A program made the position numbers and the translations under genes. A DNA stretch of 64,000 nucleotides from Eledone cirrhosa (taxonomy: Eukaryota), in the NCBI GenBank assembly GCA_964016885.1, contig OZ024745.1:133610001-133674000 (forward strand), in the 5' to 3' direction. How positions within the stretch are numbered: the first letter of the stretch is position 1; each line of letters opens with the position of its first letter. Under the pieces are notes generated by a model. The model made no database searches. It was not told the origin of the DNA and worked only from the letters and a program-made list of their open reading frames with translations. Below, piece by piece: positions 26,978 to 41,190 of this stretch.

Positions 26978-27175
26978 ATGGGGTGTGGCAGAAATATCGG
27001 GTGGGGCAGAAATATGGGGTGGGGCAGAAATATGGGGCGGGGCAAAATATGGGGTTGGGCAGGAATATGGGGTGGGGAAGAAATATGCGGTGGGGCAGAA
27101 ATATGGGGTCGGGCAGAAATATGGGTGGGGCAGGAATATGGGGTTGGGCAGAAATATGGGGCGGGGCAAAAATAT
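26978..27175 (+). repeat. 18-bp G-rich minisatellite (gaaatatggggtggggca)
   Basis: ~11 units, each with two G-runs. Confidence 0.95.
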
Positions 27176-28403
27176 GACCCATTTAAGCAATTCTCAAGAG
27201 GAAGAAATAGTACTGGAAATATATTTACCATTGACCTGAGAATTTCTCCGACATCTGCTGAGGAATAACTTTTAGGGTGGAATTTTAAGATGGAATAATT
27301 ATATTATGGTGGAATTTGGGAGACAAAACGATTAACCAAGGTATATAACACTTGCATAGACAAACACAATTTGGTAATCAGAACTTTCTGTATGGGACGG
27401 ATACTGTGTTTTCACTCCCAATACTATACAATATTGATTGGAGGCTAATCAATATCCAGGTCATTCATGTTAAAATAATGTTTAGACAACATTAACATCT
27501 ATTCTGCTATTGACCACATATCTCTAAAATGTAATTCATAGAAAAGATAGCCCTCAGTATCAAACGTGACCCTCATTCTGAGGCCGTATTCACTCATAAT
27601 ATGAAAGCCTAATTGAATACTCTCTTCGAACGTTAAGGAACTATAAATATAACAAACCTAACATAATGGGTTGTGACAAAAATGTGTGCACAGATGTGGG
27701 AGGTACTTTGCTTAGTTGAGGTTAAGGTAATGTGACAATGTGAGGAGGAAAAAAAACAATTATGGTAAAATAATCCCAAAACTACAGATACGCTACTATA
27801 AAAACTGGAGTCATGAAACATAACTAATTAATAAGATTTGACAGAGGCTGTCTCTTCTCCTTCTTTTCTCTTCACTTGGCCGCTTTGAAACAATACCAGA
27901 TTGGTAACTGGCCCCAATATGACAACCAAAAATGCAATATAGTGAGAGGTAAGAAAAAGAACCATACTGCATCGACCTTTGCGAGAGTTTCCAAGGGATG
28001 TGTTCAGATCTTAGGTAGAGGGCTCTGTTAGAAAAGCAGTATCATGCCGTAAAAACTGGTCATGGGCCTTCGCCCTGTCCTGGGGGCTGGCAGAGGGTGG
28101 CCTTTACAAAACCAGAATGTATTCAGCTAATTGTTCTATTATGATTACTAGCTTTTAATTGAACTGTGAGAATATGTCAACCATCCGGGACATTTAAACA
28201 ATAAGTGCATATACATACATGTAGACATAAACATATACAAATCTCAATATACACACGTACGTGTATATATATATATATATATACATGTGTGTGTGTCTGT
28301 GTGTGTGTCTGTGTCTGTGTGTGTGTATGTGCCTATATGTGCGTGCATGTGTCTGTGTGTCAGTGTGTGCGCACATATACATACATGCAAATATGTACAT
28401 GAC

Positions 28404-28444
<41 letters not shown>

Positions 28445-28445
<1 letters not shown>

Positions 28446-28512
28446 ATCGTAAAATAATGAATTTTTTTAATATAAGGAACTGTTTCTTTGTTTATTCATT
28501 ATTTTTTTAATA

Positions 28513-28517
<5 letters not shown>
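28445..28517 (+). mobile_element. ~70-bp 3' end of the 8.5-kb hammerhead element, in (TA)n
   Basis: gatcgtaaaataatgaatttttttaatataaggaactgtttctttgttt aligns with 8680-8755. Confidence 0.75.
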
Positions 28518-28575
<58 letters not shown>

Positions 28576-28824
28576 GTTAATGATTCTACTATGCTTATAG
28601 AAGTGCTAAATAGTTCTCACGAAGACGGAAATGATTCGGTGTGGAAGTGCAAATGTATCACGACTTTATATATACAAAAGCAATAAAAAATATTATAGAT
28701 ATTTATTGTATGATACATCATATCGTGATATGACAAATATACATACAAACATCATATATATATATGCACATGAATGTGTGTTTGTGTGTGTGTATGTATA
28801 TATACATATATTTATGTGTATACA

Positions 28825-28877
<53 letters not shown>

Positions 28878-29523
28878 GTGTATATATGTATATATATATA
28901 TATCGTCTGCTGGTTGAGTGATTCCGTAGACTATCGTCATGTGATATGACTGTAAGAATACTATAGACGTTGAATCTAAGAACACATTTATATAACTAGT
29001 CTGTCTAGGTGTCTATCAAGTCGTCTTAACATACCAGGCTTGTGTAGTTGTCCGGTAGGTATACAGACATGTTTAATTCCCACAAACAGTATTATCGTAT
29101 ATTTTTTTATCATATTTAGCATGTGTATAAGTTTGGCCCTGCTTTCTTTTTTCAGTTGTCATATTTTCACTGGGTAATCCTCCTGCGTAACTTAACGAAT
29201 TTCCTTACACCTTTCTTATCTGTAGTCTTTGCTTTTCGATTTGTAAAAGTTCACTACGTAATGTATATACAGTGTCCTGTAGTGTTATTTTCTCTATATT
29301 TTTTATGTATATGTCTGACTTGACAATAATTTCCATATTTTGCAATTGCTCAAATGTTTACCTTCTTCTATACCCACTCTGCTTCTTCCAATGCATAGAA
29401 TATTCCCCTGCTTTCTGGTCGAGTTGTTAGCTATGTTGCCATTTCAATATGTCTACACCTCGATGTGAAAATGTACAAATAAATATTAAGATGTATCGAA
29501 CACGATACATGACAACCACCAGA

Positions 29524-32500
29524 TCACAATTGTCTAACACCAAAACACAATTGGCTAAGATCAGAACACATTTGTCTGAAACTAGAACACAATAGTCTAA
29601 GACCAGAACACAATTGTCTGAGACTAGAACACAATTGTCTGAGACCAGAACACAATTGGCTGAGACTAGAACACAATTGGCTGAAACCAGAACACAATTG
29701 TCTGAGACCAGAACACAATTGTCTGAGACTAGAACACAATTGTCTGAGACCAGAACACAATTGTCTGAGACTAGAACACAATTGTCTGAGACCAGAACAC
29801 AATTGCCTGAGACTAGAACACAACTGTCTGTTGACCAGAACACAATTGACTGAAACCAGAACACAATTGTCTAAGACCAGAACGAAATTGTCTGAGACCA
29901 GAACACGACTGTCTGAGACTAGAACACAATTGTCTGAGACTAGAACACAACTGTCTGAAACCAGAACATAATTGTCTGAGACTAGAATACAACTGTCTGA
30001 GACCAGAACATAATTGTCTGAGACCAGAATACAATTGTCTGAAACCAGAACACAATTGTCTGAGACCAGAACACAATTGTCTGAGACCAGAACACAATTG
30101 TCTGAAACCAGAACAGAATTGTCTGAAACCAGAACACAATTGTCTGAAACCAGAACACAATTGTCTGAAACCAGAACACAATTGTCTGAGACTAGAACAC
30201 AATTGTCTGAAACCAGAACACAATTGTCTGAGACCAGAACACAATTGTCTGAGACCAGAACACAATTGTCTGAGACCAGAACACAATTGTCTCAGACCAG
30301 AACAAAATTGTCTGAAACCAGAACACAATTGTCTGAAACCAGAACACAACTGTCTGAAACCAGAACACAATTGTCTGAAACCAGAACATAATTGTCTGAA
30401 ACCAGAACACAATTGTCTGAAACCAGAACACAATTGTCTGAGACTAGAACACAATTGTCTGAGAACAGAACACATTTGTCTGAGACCAGAACACAATTGT
30501 CTGAGACCAGAACACGTTTGTCTGAGACTAGAACACAACTGTCTGAGACCAGAACACAATTGTCTGAGACGAGACACAATTGTCTGAAACCAGAACACAT
30601 TTGTCTGAGACCAGAACACAATTGTCTGAAACCAGAACACAATTGTCTGAAACCAGAACACAACTGTCTGAAACCAGAACACAATTGTCTGAAACCAGAA
30701 CATAATTGTCTGAAACCAGAACACAATTGTCTGAAACCAGAACACAATTGTCTGAGAGTAGAACACAATTGTCTGAGACTAGAACACAATTGTCTGAGAC
30801 TAGAACACAATTGTCTGGGACCAGAACACATTTGTCTGAGACCAGAACACATTTGTCTGAGACTAGAACACAACTGTCTGAGACCAGTACTCAACTGTCT
30901 GAGACCAGAACACAATTGTCTGAGACCAGAACACAATTGTCTGAGACTAGAACACAATTGTCTGAGAACAGAACACATTTGTCTGAGACCAGAACACAAT
31001 TGTCTGAGACCAGAACACGTTTGTCTGAGACTAGAACACAACTGTCTGAGACCAGAACACAATTGTCTGAGACCAGAACACAATTGTCTGAGACCAGAAC
31101 ACAATTGTCTGAGACCAGAACACAATTGTCTGAAACCAGAACACATTTGTCTGAGACCAGAACACAATTGTCTGAAACCAGAACACAATTGTATGAAACC
31201 AGAACACAACTGTCTGAAACCAGAACACAATTGTCTGAAACCAGAACACAACTGTCTGAAACCAGAACACAATAGTCTGAGACTAGAACACAATTGTCTG
31301 AAACCAGAACACAATTGTCTGAAACCAGAACACAACTGTCTGAGACCAGAACACAATTGTCTGAGACCAGATCACAATTGTCTGAAACCAGAACACAATT
31401 GTCTGAAACCAGAACATAATTGTCTGAAACCAGAACACAATTGTCTGAAACCAGAACACAATTGTCTGAGACCAGAACACAATTGTCTGAGACTAGAACA
31501 CAATTGTCTGAGACTAGAACACAATTGTCTGGGACCAGAACACAATTGTCTGAGACCAGAACACATTTGTCTGAGACCAGAACACATTTGTCTGAGACTA
31601 GAAAACAACTGTCTGAGACCAGAACACAACTGTCTGAGACCAGAACACAATTGTCTGAGACCAGAACACAATTGTCTGAGACCAGAACACAATTGTCTGG
31701 GACCAGAACATAATTGTCTGAGACTAGAACACAACTGTCTGAGACCAGAACACAATTGTCTGAAACCAGAACATAATTGTCTGAAACCAGAACACAATTG
31801 TCTGAAACCAGAACACAATTGTCTGAGACCAGAACACAATTGTCTGAGACTAGAACACAATTGTCTGAGACTAGAACACAATTGTCTGAGACCAGAACAC
31901 AACTGTCTGAGAACAGAACACAATTGTCTGAGACCAGAACACAACTGTCTGAGACCAGAACACAATTGTCTGAGACCAGAACACAATTGTCTGAGACCAG
32001 AACACAATTGTCTGGGACCAGAACATAATTGTCTGAGACTAGAACACAACTGTCTGAGACCAGAACACAATTGTCTGAGACCAGAACACAATTGTCTGAG
32101 ACCAGAACACAATTTTCTGAAACCAGCACACACTTGTCTGAAACCAGAACACAATTGTCTGAGACTAGAACACAACAGTCTGAGACCAGAACACAATTGT
32201 CTGAGACTAGAACACAATTGTCTGAGAACAGAACACATTTGTCTGAGACCAGAACACAATTGTCTGAGACCAGAACACGTTTGTCTGAGACTAGAACACA
32301 ACTGTCTGAGACCAGAACACAATTGTCTGAGACGAGACACAATTGTCTGAAACCAGAACACATTTGTCTGAGACCAGAACACAATTGTCTGAAACCAGAA
32401 CATAATTGTCTGAAACCAGAACACAATTGTCTGAAACCAGAACACAATTGTCTGAGAGTAGAACACAATTGTCTGAGACTAGAACACAATTGTCTGAGAC

Positions 32501-35500
32501 TAGAACACAATTGTCTGGGACCAGAACACATTTGTCTGAGACCAGAACACATTTGTCTGAGACTAGAACACAACTGTCTGAGACCAGTACTCAACTGTCT
32601 GAGACCAGAACACAATTGTCTGAGACCAGAACACAATTGTCTGAGACTAGAACACAATTGTCTGAGAACAGAACACATTTGTCTGAGACCAGAACACAAT
32701 TGTCTGAGACCAGAACACGTTTGTCTGAGACTAGAACACAACTGTCTGAGACCAGAACACAATTGTCTGAGACGAGACACAATTGTCTGAAACCAGAACA
32801 CATTTGTCTGAGACCAGAACACAATTGTCTGAAACCAGACCACAATTGTCTGAAACCAGAACACAACTGTCTGAAACCAGAACACAATTGTCTGAAACCA
32901 GAACACAACTGTCTGAAACCAGAACACAATAGTCTGAGACTAGAACACAATTGTCTGAAACCAGAACACAATTGTCTGAAACCAGAACACAACTGTCTGA
33001 GACCAGAACACAATTGTCTGAGACCAGATCACAATTGTCTGAAACCAGAACACAATTGTCTGAAACCAGAACATAATTGTCTGAAACCAGAACACAATTG
33101 TCTGAAACCAGAACACAATTGTCTGAGACCAGAACACAATTGTCTGAGACTAGAACACAATTGTCTGAGACTAGAACACAATTGTCTGGGACCAGAACAC
33201 AATTGTCTGAGACCAGAACACATTTGTCTGAGACCAGAACACATTTGTCTGAGACTAGAAAACAACTGTCTGAGACCAGAACACAATTGTCTGAGACCAG
33301 AACACAACTGTCTGAGACCAGAACACAATTGTCTGAGACCAGAACACAATTGTCTGAGACCAGAACACAATTGTCTGGGACCAGAACATAATTGTCTGAG
33401 ACTAGAACACAACTGTCTGAGACCAGAACACAATTGTCTGAAACCAGAACATAATTGTCTGAAACCAGAACACAATTGTCTGAAACCAGAACACAATTGT
33501 CTGAGACCAGAACACAGTTGTCTGAGACTAGAACACAATTGTCTGAGACCAGAACACAATTGCCTGAGACCAGAACACAACTGTCTGAGAACAGAACACA
33601 ATTGTCTGAGACCAGAACACAACTGTCTGAGACCAGAACACAATTGTCTGAGACCAGAACACAATTGTCTGAGACCAGAACACAATTGTCTGGGACCAGA
33701 ACATAATTGTCTGAGACTAGAACACAACTGTCTGACACCAGAACACAATTGTCTGAGACCAGAACATAATTGTCTGAGACCAGAACACAATTTTCTGAAA
33801 CCAGCACACACTTGTCTGAAACCAGAACACAATTGTCTGAGACTAGAACACAATTGTCTGAGAACAGAACACATTTGTCTGAGACCAGAACACAATTGTC
33901 TGAAACCAGCACACACTTGACTGAGACCAGAACACAATTTTCTGAAACCAGCACACACTTGTCTGAAACCAGAACACAATTGTCTGAGACTAGAACACAA
34001 CAGTCTGAGAACAGAACACATTTGTCTGAGACCAGAACACAATTGTCTGAGACCAGAACACGTTTGTCTGAGACTAGAACACAACTGTCTGAAACCAGAA
34101 CACAATTGTCTGAAACCAGAACATAATTGTCTGAAACCAGAACACAATTGTCTGAAACCAGAACACAATTGTCTGAGAGTAGAACACAATTGTCTGAGAC
34201 TAGAACACAATTGTCTGAGACTAGAACACAATTGTCTGGGACCAGAACACATTTGTCTGAGACCAGAACACATTTGTCTGAGACTAGAACACAACTGTCT
34301 GAGACCAGTACACAACTGTCTGAGACCAGAACACAATTGTCTGAGACCAGAACACAACTGTCTGAGACCAGAACAAAATTGTCTGAGACCAGAACACAAT
34401 TGTCTGAGACCAGGACACAATTGTCTGAGACTAGAACACAATTGTCTGAGACCAGAACACAATTGTCTCAGACCAGAACACAATTGTTTGAAACCAGAAC
34501 ACAACTGTCTGAAACCAGAACACAATTGTCTGAGACCAGAACACAATTGTCTGAGAACAGAACACATTTGTCTGAGACGAGACACAATTGTCTGAAACCA
34601 GAACACATTTGTCTGAGACCAGAACACAATTGTCTGAAACCAGACCACAATTGTCTGAAACCAGAACACAACTGTCTGAAACCAGAACACAATTGTCTGA
34701 AACCAGAACACAACTGTCTGAAACCAGAACACAATAGTCTGAGACTAGAACACAATTGTCTGAAACCAGAACACAATTGTCTGAGACGAGACACAATTGT
34801 CTGAAACCAGAACACATTTGTCTGAGACCAGAACACAATTGTCTGAAACCAGAACACAATTGTCTGAAACCAGAACACAACTGTCTGAAACCAGAACACA
34901 ATTGTCTGAAACCAGAACATAATTGTCTGAAACCAGAACACAATTGTCTGAAACCAGAACACAATTGTCTGAGAGTAGAACACAATTGTCTGAGACTAGA
35001 ACACAATTGTCTGAGACTAGAACACAATTGTCTGGGACCAGAACACATTTGTCTGAGACCAGAACACATTTGTCTGAGACTAGAACACAACTGTCTGAGA
35101 CCAGTACTCAACTGTCTGAGACCAGAACACAATTGTCTGAGACCAGAACACAATTGTCTGAGACTAGAACACAATTGTCTGAGAACAGAACACATTTGTC
35201 TGAGACCAGAACACAATTGTCTGAGACCAGAACACGTTTGTCTGAGACTAGAACACAACTGTCTGAGACCAGAACACAATTGTCTGAGACGAGACACAAT
35301 TGTCTGAAACCAGAACACATTTGTCTGAGACCAGAACACAATTGTCTGAAACCAGAACACAATTGTCTGAAACCAGAACACAACTGTCTGAAACCAGAAC
35401 ACAATTGTCTGAAACCAGAACACAACTGTCTGAAACCAGAACACAATAGTCTGAGACTAGAACACAATTGTCTGAAACCAGAACACAATTGTCTGAAACC

Positions 35501-38305
35501 AGAACACAACTGTCTGAGACCAGAACACAATTGTCTGAGACCAGATCACAATTGTCTGAAACCAGAACACAATTGTCTGAAACCAGAACATAATTGTCTG
35601 AAACCAGAACACAATTGTCTGAAACCAGAACACAATTGTCTGAGACCAGAACACAATTGTCTGAGACTAGAACACAATTGTCTGAGACTAGAACACAATT
35701 GTCTGGGACCAGAACACAATTGTCTGAGACCAGAACACATTCGTCTGAGACCAGAACACATTTGTCTGAGACTAGAAAACAACTGTCTGAGACCAGAACA
35801 CAATTGTCTGAGACCAGAACACAACTGTCTGAGACCAGAACACAATTGTCTGAGACCAGAACACAATTGTCTGAGACCAGAACACAATTGTCTGGGACCA
35901 GAACATAATTGTCTGAGACTAGAACACAACTGTCTGAGACCAGAACACAATTGTCTGAAACCAGAACATAATTGTCTGAAACCAGAACACAATTGTCTGA
36001 AACCAGAACACAATTGTCTGAGACCAGAACACAGTTGTCTGAGACTAGAACACAATTGTCTGAGACCAGAACACAATTGTCTGAGACCAGAACACAACTG
36101 TCTGAGAACAGAACACAATTGTCTGAGACCAGAACACAACTGTCTGAGACCAGAACACAATTGTCTGAGACCAGAACACAATTGTCTGAGACCAGAACAC
36201 AATTGTCTGGGACCAGAACATAATTGTCTGAGACTAGAACACAACTGTCTGACACCAGAACACAATTGTCTGAGACCAGAACACAATTGTCTGAGACCAG
36301 AACACAATTTTCTGAAACCAGCACACACTTGTCTGAAACCAGAACACAATTGTCTGAGACTAGAACACAATTGTCTGAGAACAGAACACATTTGTCTGAG
36401 ACCAGAACACAATTGTCTGAAACCAGCACACACTTGTCTGAGACCAGAACACAATTTTCTGAAACCAGCACACACTTGTCTGAAACCAGAACACAATTGT
36501 CTGAGACTAGAACACAACAGTCTGAGAACAGAACACATTTGTCTGAGACCAGAACACAATTGTCTGAGACCAGAACACGTTTGTCTGAGACTAGAACACA
36601 ACTGTCTGAAACCAGAACACAATTGTCTGAAACCAGAACATAATTGTCTGAAACCAGAACACAATTGTCTGAGAGTAGAACACAATTGTCTGAGACTAGA
36701 ACACAATTGTCTGAGACTAGAACACAATTGTCTGAGACCAGAACACAATTGTCTCAGACCAGAACACAATTGTCTGAAACCAGAACACAACTGTCTGAAA
36801 CCAGAACACAATTGTCTGAGACTAGAACACAATTGTCTGAGAACAGAACACATTTGTCTGAGACCAGAACACAATTGTCTGAGACCAGAACACGTTTGTC
36901 TGAGACTAGAACACAACTGTCTGAGACCAGAACACAATTGTCTGAGACGAGACACAATTGTCTGAAACCAGAACACATTTGTCTGAGACCAGAACACAAT
37001 TGTCTGAAACCAGAACACAATTGTCTGAAACCAGAACACAACTGTCTGAAACCAGAACACAATTGTCTGAAACCAGAACACAACTGTCTGAAACCAGAAC
37101 ACAATAGTCTGAGACTAGAACACAATTGTCTGAAACCAGAACACAATTGTCTGAAACCAGAACACAACTGTCTGAGACCAGAACACAATTGTCTGAGACC
37201 AGATCACAATTGTCTGGGACCAGAACACAATTGTCTGAAACCAGAACATAATTGTCTGAAACCAGAACACAATTGTCTGAAACCAGAACACAATTGTCTG
37301 AGACCAGAACACAATTGTCTGAGACTAGAACACAATTGTCTGAGACTAGAACACAATTGTCTGGGACCAGAACACAATTGTCTGAGACCAGAACACATTT
37401 GTCTGAGACCAGAACACATTTGTCTGAGACTAGAACACAACTGTCTGAGACCAGAACACAACTGTCTGAGACCAGAACACAATTTTCTGAGACCAGAACA
37501 CAACTGTCTGAGACCAGAACACAATTGTCTGAGACCAGAACACAATTGTCTGAGACCAGAACACAATTGTCTGGGACCAGAACATAATTGTCTGAGACTA
37601 GAACACAACTGTCTGAGACCAGAACACAATTGTCTGAAACCAAAACATAATTGTCTGAAACCAGAACACAATTGTCTGAAACCAGAACACAATTGTCTGA
37701 GACCAGAACACAATTGTCTGAGACTAGAACACAATTGTCTGAGACTAGAACACAATTGTCTGAGACCAGAACACAACTGTCTGAGAACAGAACACAATTG
37801 TCTGAGACCAGAACACAACTGTCTGAGACCAGAACACAATTGTCTGAGACCAGAACACAATTGTCTGAGACCAGAACACAATTGTCTGGGACCAGAACAT
37901 AATTGTCTGAGACTAGAACACAACTGTCTGAGACCAGAACACAATTGTCTGAAACCAGAACACAATTGTCTGAGACCAGAATACAATTTTCTGAAACCAG
38001 CACACACTTGTCTGAAACCAGAACACAATTGTCTGAGACTAGAACACAACAGTCTGAGACCAGAACACAATTGTCTGAGACTAGAACACAATTGTCTGAG
38101 AACAGAACACATTTGTCTGAGACCAGAACACAATTGTCTGAGACCAGAACACGTTTGTCTGAGACTAGAACACAACTGTCTGAGACCAGAACACAATTGT
38201 CTGAGACCAGAACACAATTGTCTGAGACTAGAACACAATTGTCTGAGAACAGAACACAATTGTCTGAGACTAGAACACAATTGTCTGAGAAATTGTCTGA
38301 GACCA
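29524..38305. repeat. 21-bp satellite array (ccagaacacaattgtctgaga), ~418 monomers, higher-order structure
   Basis: Continuous tandem array; 20-bp variant (gagacgagac) at 30566, 32329, 32769, 34574, 34783, 35286 and 36944. Confidence 0.99.
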
Positions 38306-38734
38306 AATATTAAACATTGCTTCGTAAGTTAAATACTCTCTATTAATTTTCATTCAACTACAGCATAAAGTTGCAAGACCAATGAAGCAAGTTATGTTCG
38401 CCATTCTCATCCAACCTTCAGAAAATTCACTGGAAGTCAACATCTGCCCATTTACCCTCACCTTACGGAGTCATTTCCATTTTTCCCCCCGCAGGAAAAA
38501 GATCCACAAAGTGTTGGTGATTAAATCGTCAAATCATTCCTAAAAGATTTAATGCGGGCTCTGTAAGCTCAAATAGCATCAAAGTATAGGTTCCGCTTCC
38601 GCAAATATATTTCCAACCTATGTTTTATCTAAGTTGACTAAACAGATGTGGACACTGAGGCCATGTAAGCAAAACTGTAAGCTTCATGTGTTTCTATAAA
38701 GGCGCCTGCTTTTGTGTTGTCAGTTTCAGCTGAT

Positions 38735-38910
38735 TGCGTCAGATAGTGAGTTCGATTCCTGGAGGCGCAGTGCATCCTTCAATACACTTTATTTCGCGAT
38801 TCTCCAGTCAACTCAGCTGGCAAAAATGAGTTGCACCCGTAATTCGAAGGGCCATCCTTGTTACATTCTGTGCCACGCTGAATCTCCCCGAGAACTAAGG
38901 GTACACGTTT
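38735..38910 (+). mobile_element. Older SINE of a second family
   Basis: B-box gagttcgattcc followed by ccagtcaactcagctggcaaaaatgagt central segment. Confidence 0.5.
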
Positions 38911-39147
38911 TGGTATTATTACAGCTTTATGTCCCAACTTTTATATTTTTTATGAACTTCCCCCACATTTAATTAGAATGAAGGTGAGTTCCACACTTAT
39001 TACTGTGTCGTGTTCTAAAAATGGAAATTATAGACATTTTGATGCAACAGATTATCCCAAAACGGTTGGTAGTTGTAGAAGAAGAAGAAGAAGAAGAAGA
39101 AGTAGAAGAAGAAGAAGGCAAGTTTTGAACTCACATAAACCACACAT

Positions 39148-39335
39148 TGGTGGAAGTAGTGGTCTTGGTGGTAGTAGTAGTAATGGTGGTGGTAGTGGTG
39201 GTGGTGTTAGTGCTGGTAGTGGTGGTGGATGTAATAGTGGTGGTGGTAGTGGCGGTAGTGGTAGTGGTGGTGGTAGTAGTGGTGGTAATGGTGGTAGTGG
39301 TGGTAGTAGTGGTAGTTGTAGTAGTAGTAGTAGTG

Positions 39336-39376
<41 letters not shown>
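39148..39376. repeat. (GGT/AGT)n trinucleotide repeat
   Basis: Simple repeat; explains the poly-G/S and poly-V ORFs. Confidence 0.95.
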
Positions 39377-39377
<1 letters not shown>

Positions 39378-39582
39378 TTAAATATGAAAAATCAATTCTT
39401 CTTCCAACAACAATGAAAGTTGATGAATCTGTTTTCCTCTACACTTGGAAACGTTATTCACATCTACACAACGGTACACATATTTATCATTGCATGGAAT
39501 TTTGTATAGTTTTATACATTCATACATGTACACACATATACATACACATACGCTGTCTCACACACATGTACAATATATATAT

Positions 39583-39780
39583 ATAGGAAAAAGTATGACC
39601 CCGACGGCAGAGCTCAAGCCGTTTCGACGGCTATTTCTGTACCAGAAATAGCCGTCGAAACGGCTTGAGCTCTGCCGTCGGGGTCATACTTTTTCCTATT
39701 TCCCACTCTACTACCCTAAGTATTGAGTAATCTGGTGCGTTATGGTCCATCTGGTTCCTTACCACGATTCCTTTGTTATA
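39583..39780 (+). mobile_element. Fold-back element: perfect 117-bp palindrome (39583-39699) containing the 3' half of a hammerhead
   Basis: Centre ~39641; right arm tagccgtc-GAAA-cggc ttgagctct gccg-TC-ggggtc; ends in (TA)n. Confidence 0.8.
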
Positions 39781-39809
39781 TATATATATTTATATATATA
39801 TATATATAT

Positions 39810-39935
39810 ATAACGAAGGAAATGTGGTAAGGAACCAAGTGGACCATAATGCACCAAAGTACTCAATACTTATTAGTCGTCGAATTAGCCGTCGAAACGG
39901 CTTCAGCTGAGCCGTCGGGGTCCTACTCGTTCCTA
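39810..39935. mobile_element. Second, diverged and rearranged copy of the 39.6-kb family
   Basis: 39810-39872 is the reverse complement of 39717-39780 with substitutions; 39885-39922 repeats the half-hammerhead with loop ttcagctga. Confidence 0.8.
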
Positions 39936-39936
39936 A

Positions 39937-39968
<32 letters not shown>

Positions 39969-40071
39969 ACATATATATATGCATATATACATATATATAT
40001 AGTGAGGGAGAGAAAAAAGTTGAGATAGATAGATAGATAGAAAAAAATATATATATATATATGTGTGTGTG

Positions 40072-40103
<32 letters not shown>

Positions 40104-40619
40104 TATATATGTATGTATATATAAATGTATGTACAAAATATACAAAATACAAAATATAAATCAATCAAATTTTTGCTATATATATATATGTGTGTGATAT
40201 ATATATATATATACACACACACATATATGTGTGTGTGTCTATTAAGTATATTTATAGTGCAAAAGAGAACGTTAGTGGGAATTCAAAATGTCTGTTATTT
40301 GGAAATTGTTGAATATTAGTATTGCTGTAAAAAATATGTTTTATCTCCTCGAAGAGTAAAGGGAATCGATCTGATTAGATTCTCATTTTATTAGATCTTT
40401 ATTGATTAAGGAATCTAGGTTGTGTCCATGCCACGTTATATAAACTCGACTGGTCAGTTTATATATTTATCTTGCTGGTAAAAACTATCAATCGGTCTAA
40501 CGTTGAATGAATGTGTCCATTCCTAAATAATCTGCTTAAGATTTGGATTACCTTCTGATGTCCATTAAACTATATCCCAATGCCGGAGAAGAAAATATAT
40601 TTGAAATACATTATTAATA

Positions 40620-40815
40620 GGGTGGCGGATTGGCAGTATCGGTAGAGGGGCCCGACGCCAAGTTTTGCAGCATAGAGGTACTGCCCTTGACGTTCTGAGT
40701 TCAAATCCCGCCGAGGTTAACTGTGTTTTTCATCCTTATGGGGTCGACAAAATAAAGTACCAGTAATGCAATGGAGGTAATTGCTGGCCTTGTGCCAAAA
40801 GTAGAAACAATTATT
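40620..40815 (+). mobile_element. tRNA-derived SINE (main family)
   Basis: Full-length match. Confidence 0.9.
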
Positions 40816-40899
40816 CATAGTATACATTCAGATATCCGTCATATACGATGGAAGTTTGTTTTAATATAAGAAAAAGTAACACTACAATATAAAGAACTC

Positions 40900-41190
40900 C
40901 ACTATATTTAGTAGGTATAAATACTCACCTGAGAAGGTTATGTTGGATAACTTTGAAAATGATTTGTTTAACACGATGAAAAATATCAAATTTAAAAAAT
41001 AAACCTTTCTATATAACTCGTTCTTGAAACAACTTAATACTACAATTAACTATTTTAAAAAGCACTAAAAAATACGGCTACGTGCAGACAAAACGAGAAA
41101 TATATACAGTATGGACTTTAATTTATATATTCCTTTCATCTACAAGGAACTAAAAAAACTAACAAAGCTAACCTAACGGAAATCAATAGG
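40900..41190 (+). mobile_element. Decayed Naiad-type PLE N-terminal fragment
   Basis: LDNFENDLFNTMKNIKFKK and ADKTRNIYSMD motifs typical of the region upstream of the RT. Confidence 0.6.

Noticed and set aside
29524-38305. CRISPR-like array
   Set aside because: No unique spacers, no cas genes, eukaryotic context.
29427-38332. Long ORFs (up to 680 aa) of SETRTQL / PEHNCLR / VSDNCVL heptads
   Set aside because: Produced by a stop-poor 21-bp monomer. Frames are open on both strands, 1-bp deletions switch frames freely, and there are no unique termini.
38978-39586. 202-aa Arg/Gly/Ser-rich ORF
   Set aside because: Explained by (AGA)n and (GGT/AGT)n microsatellites.
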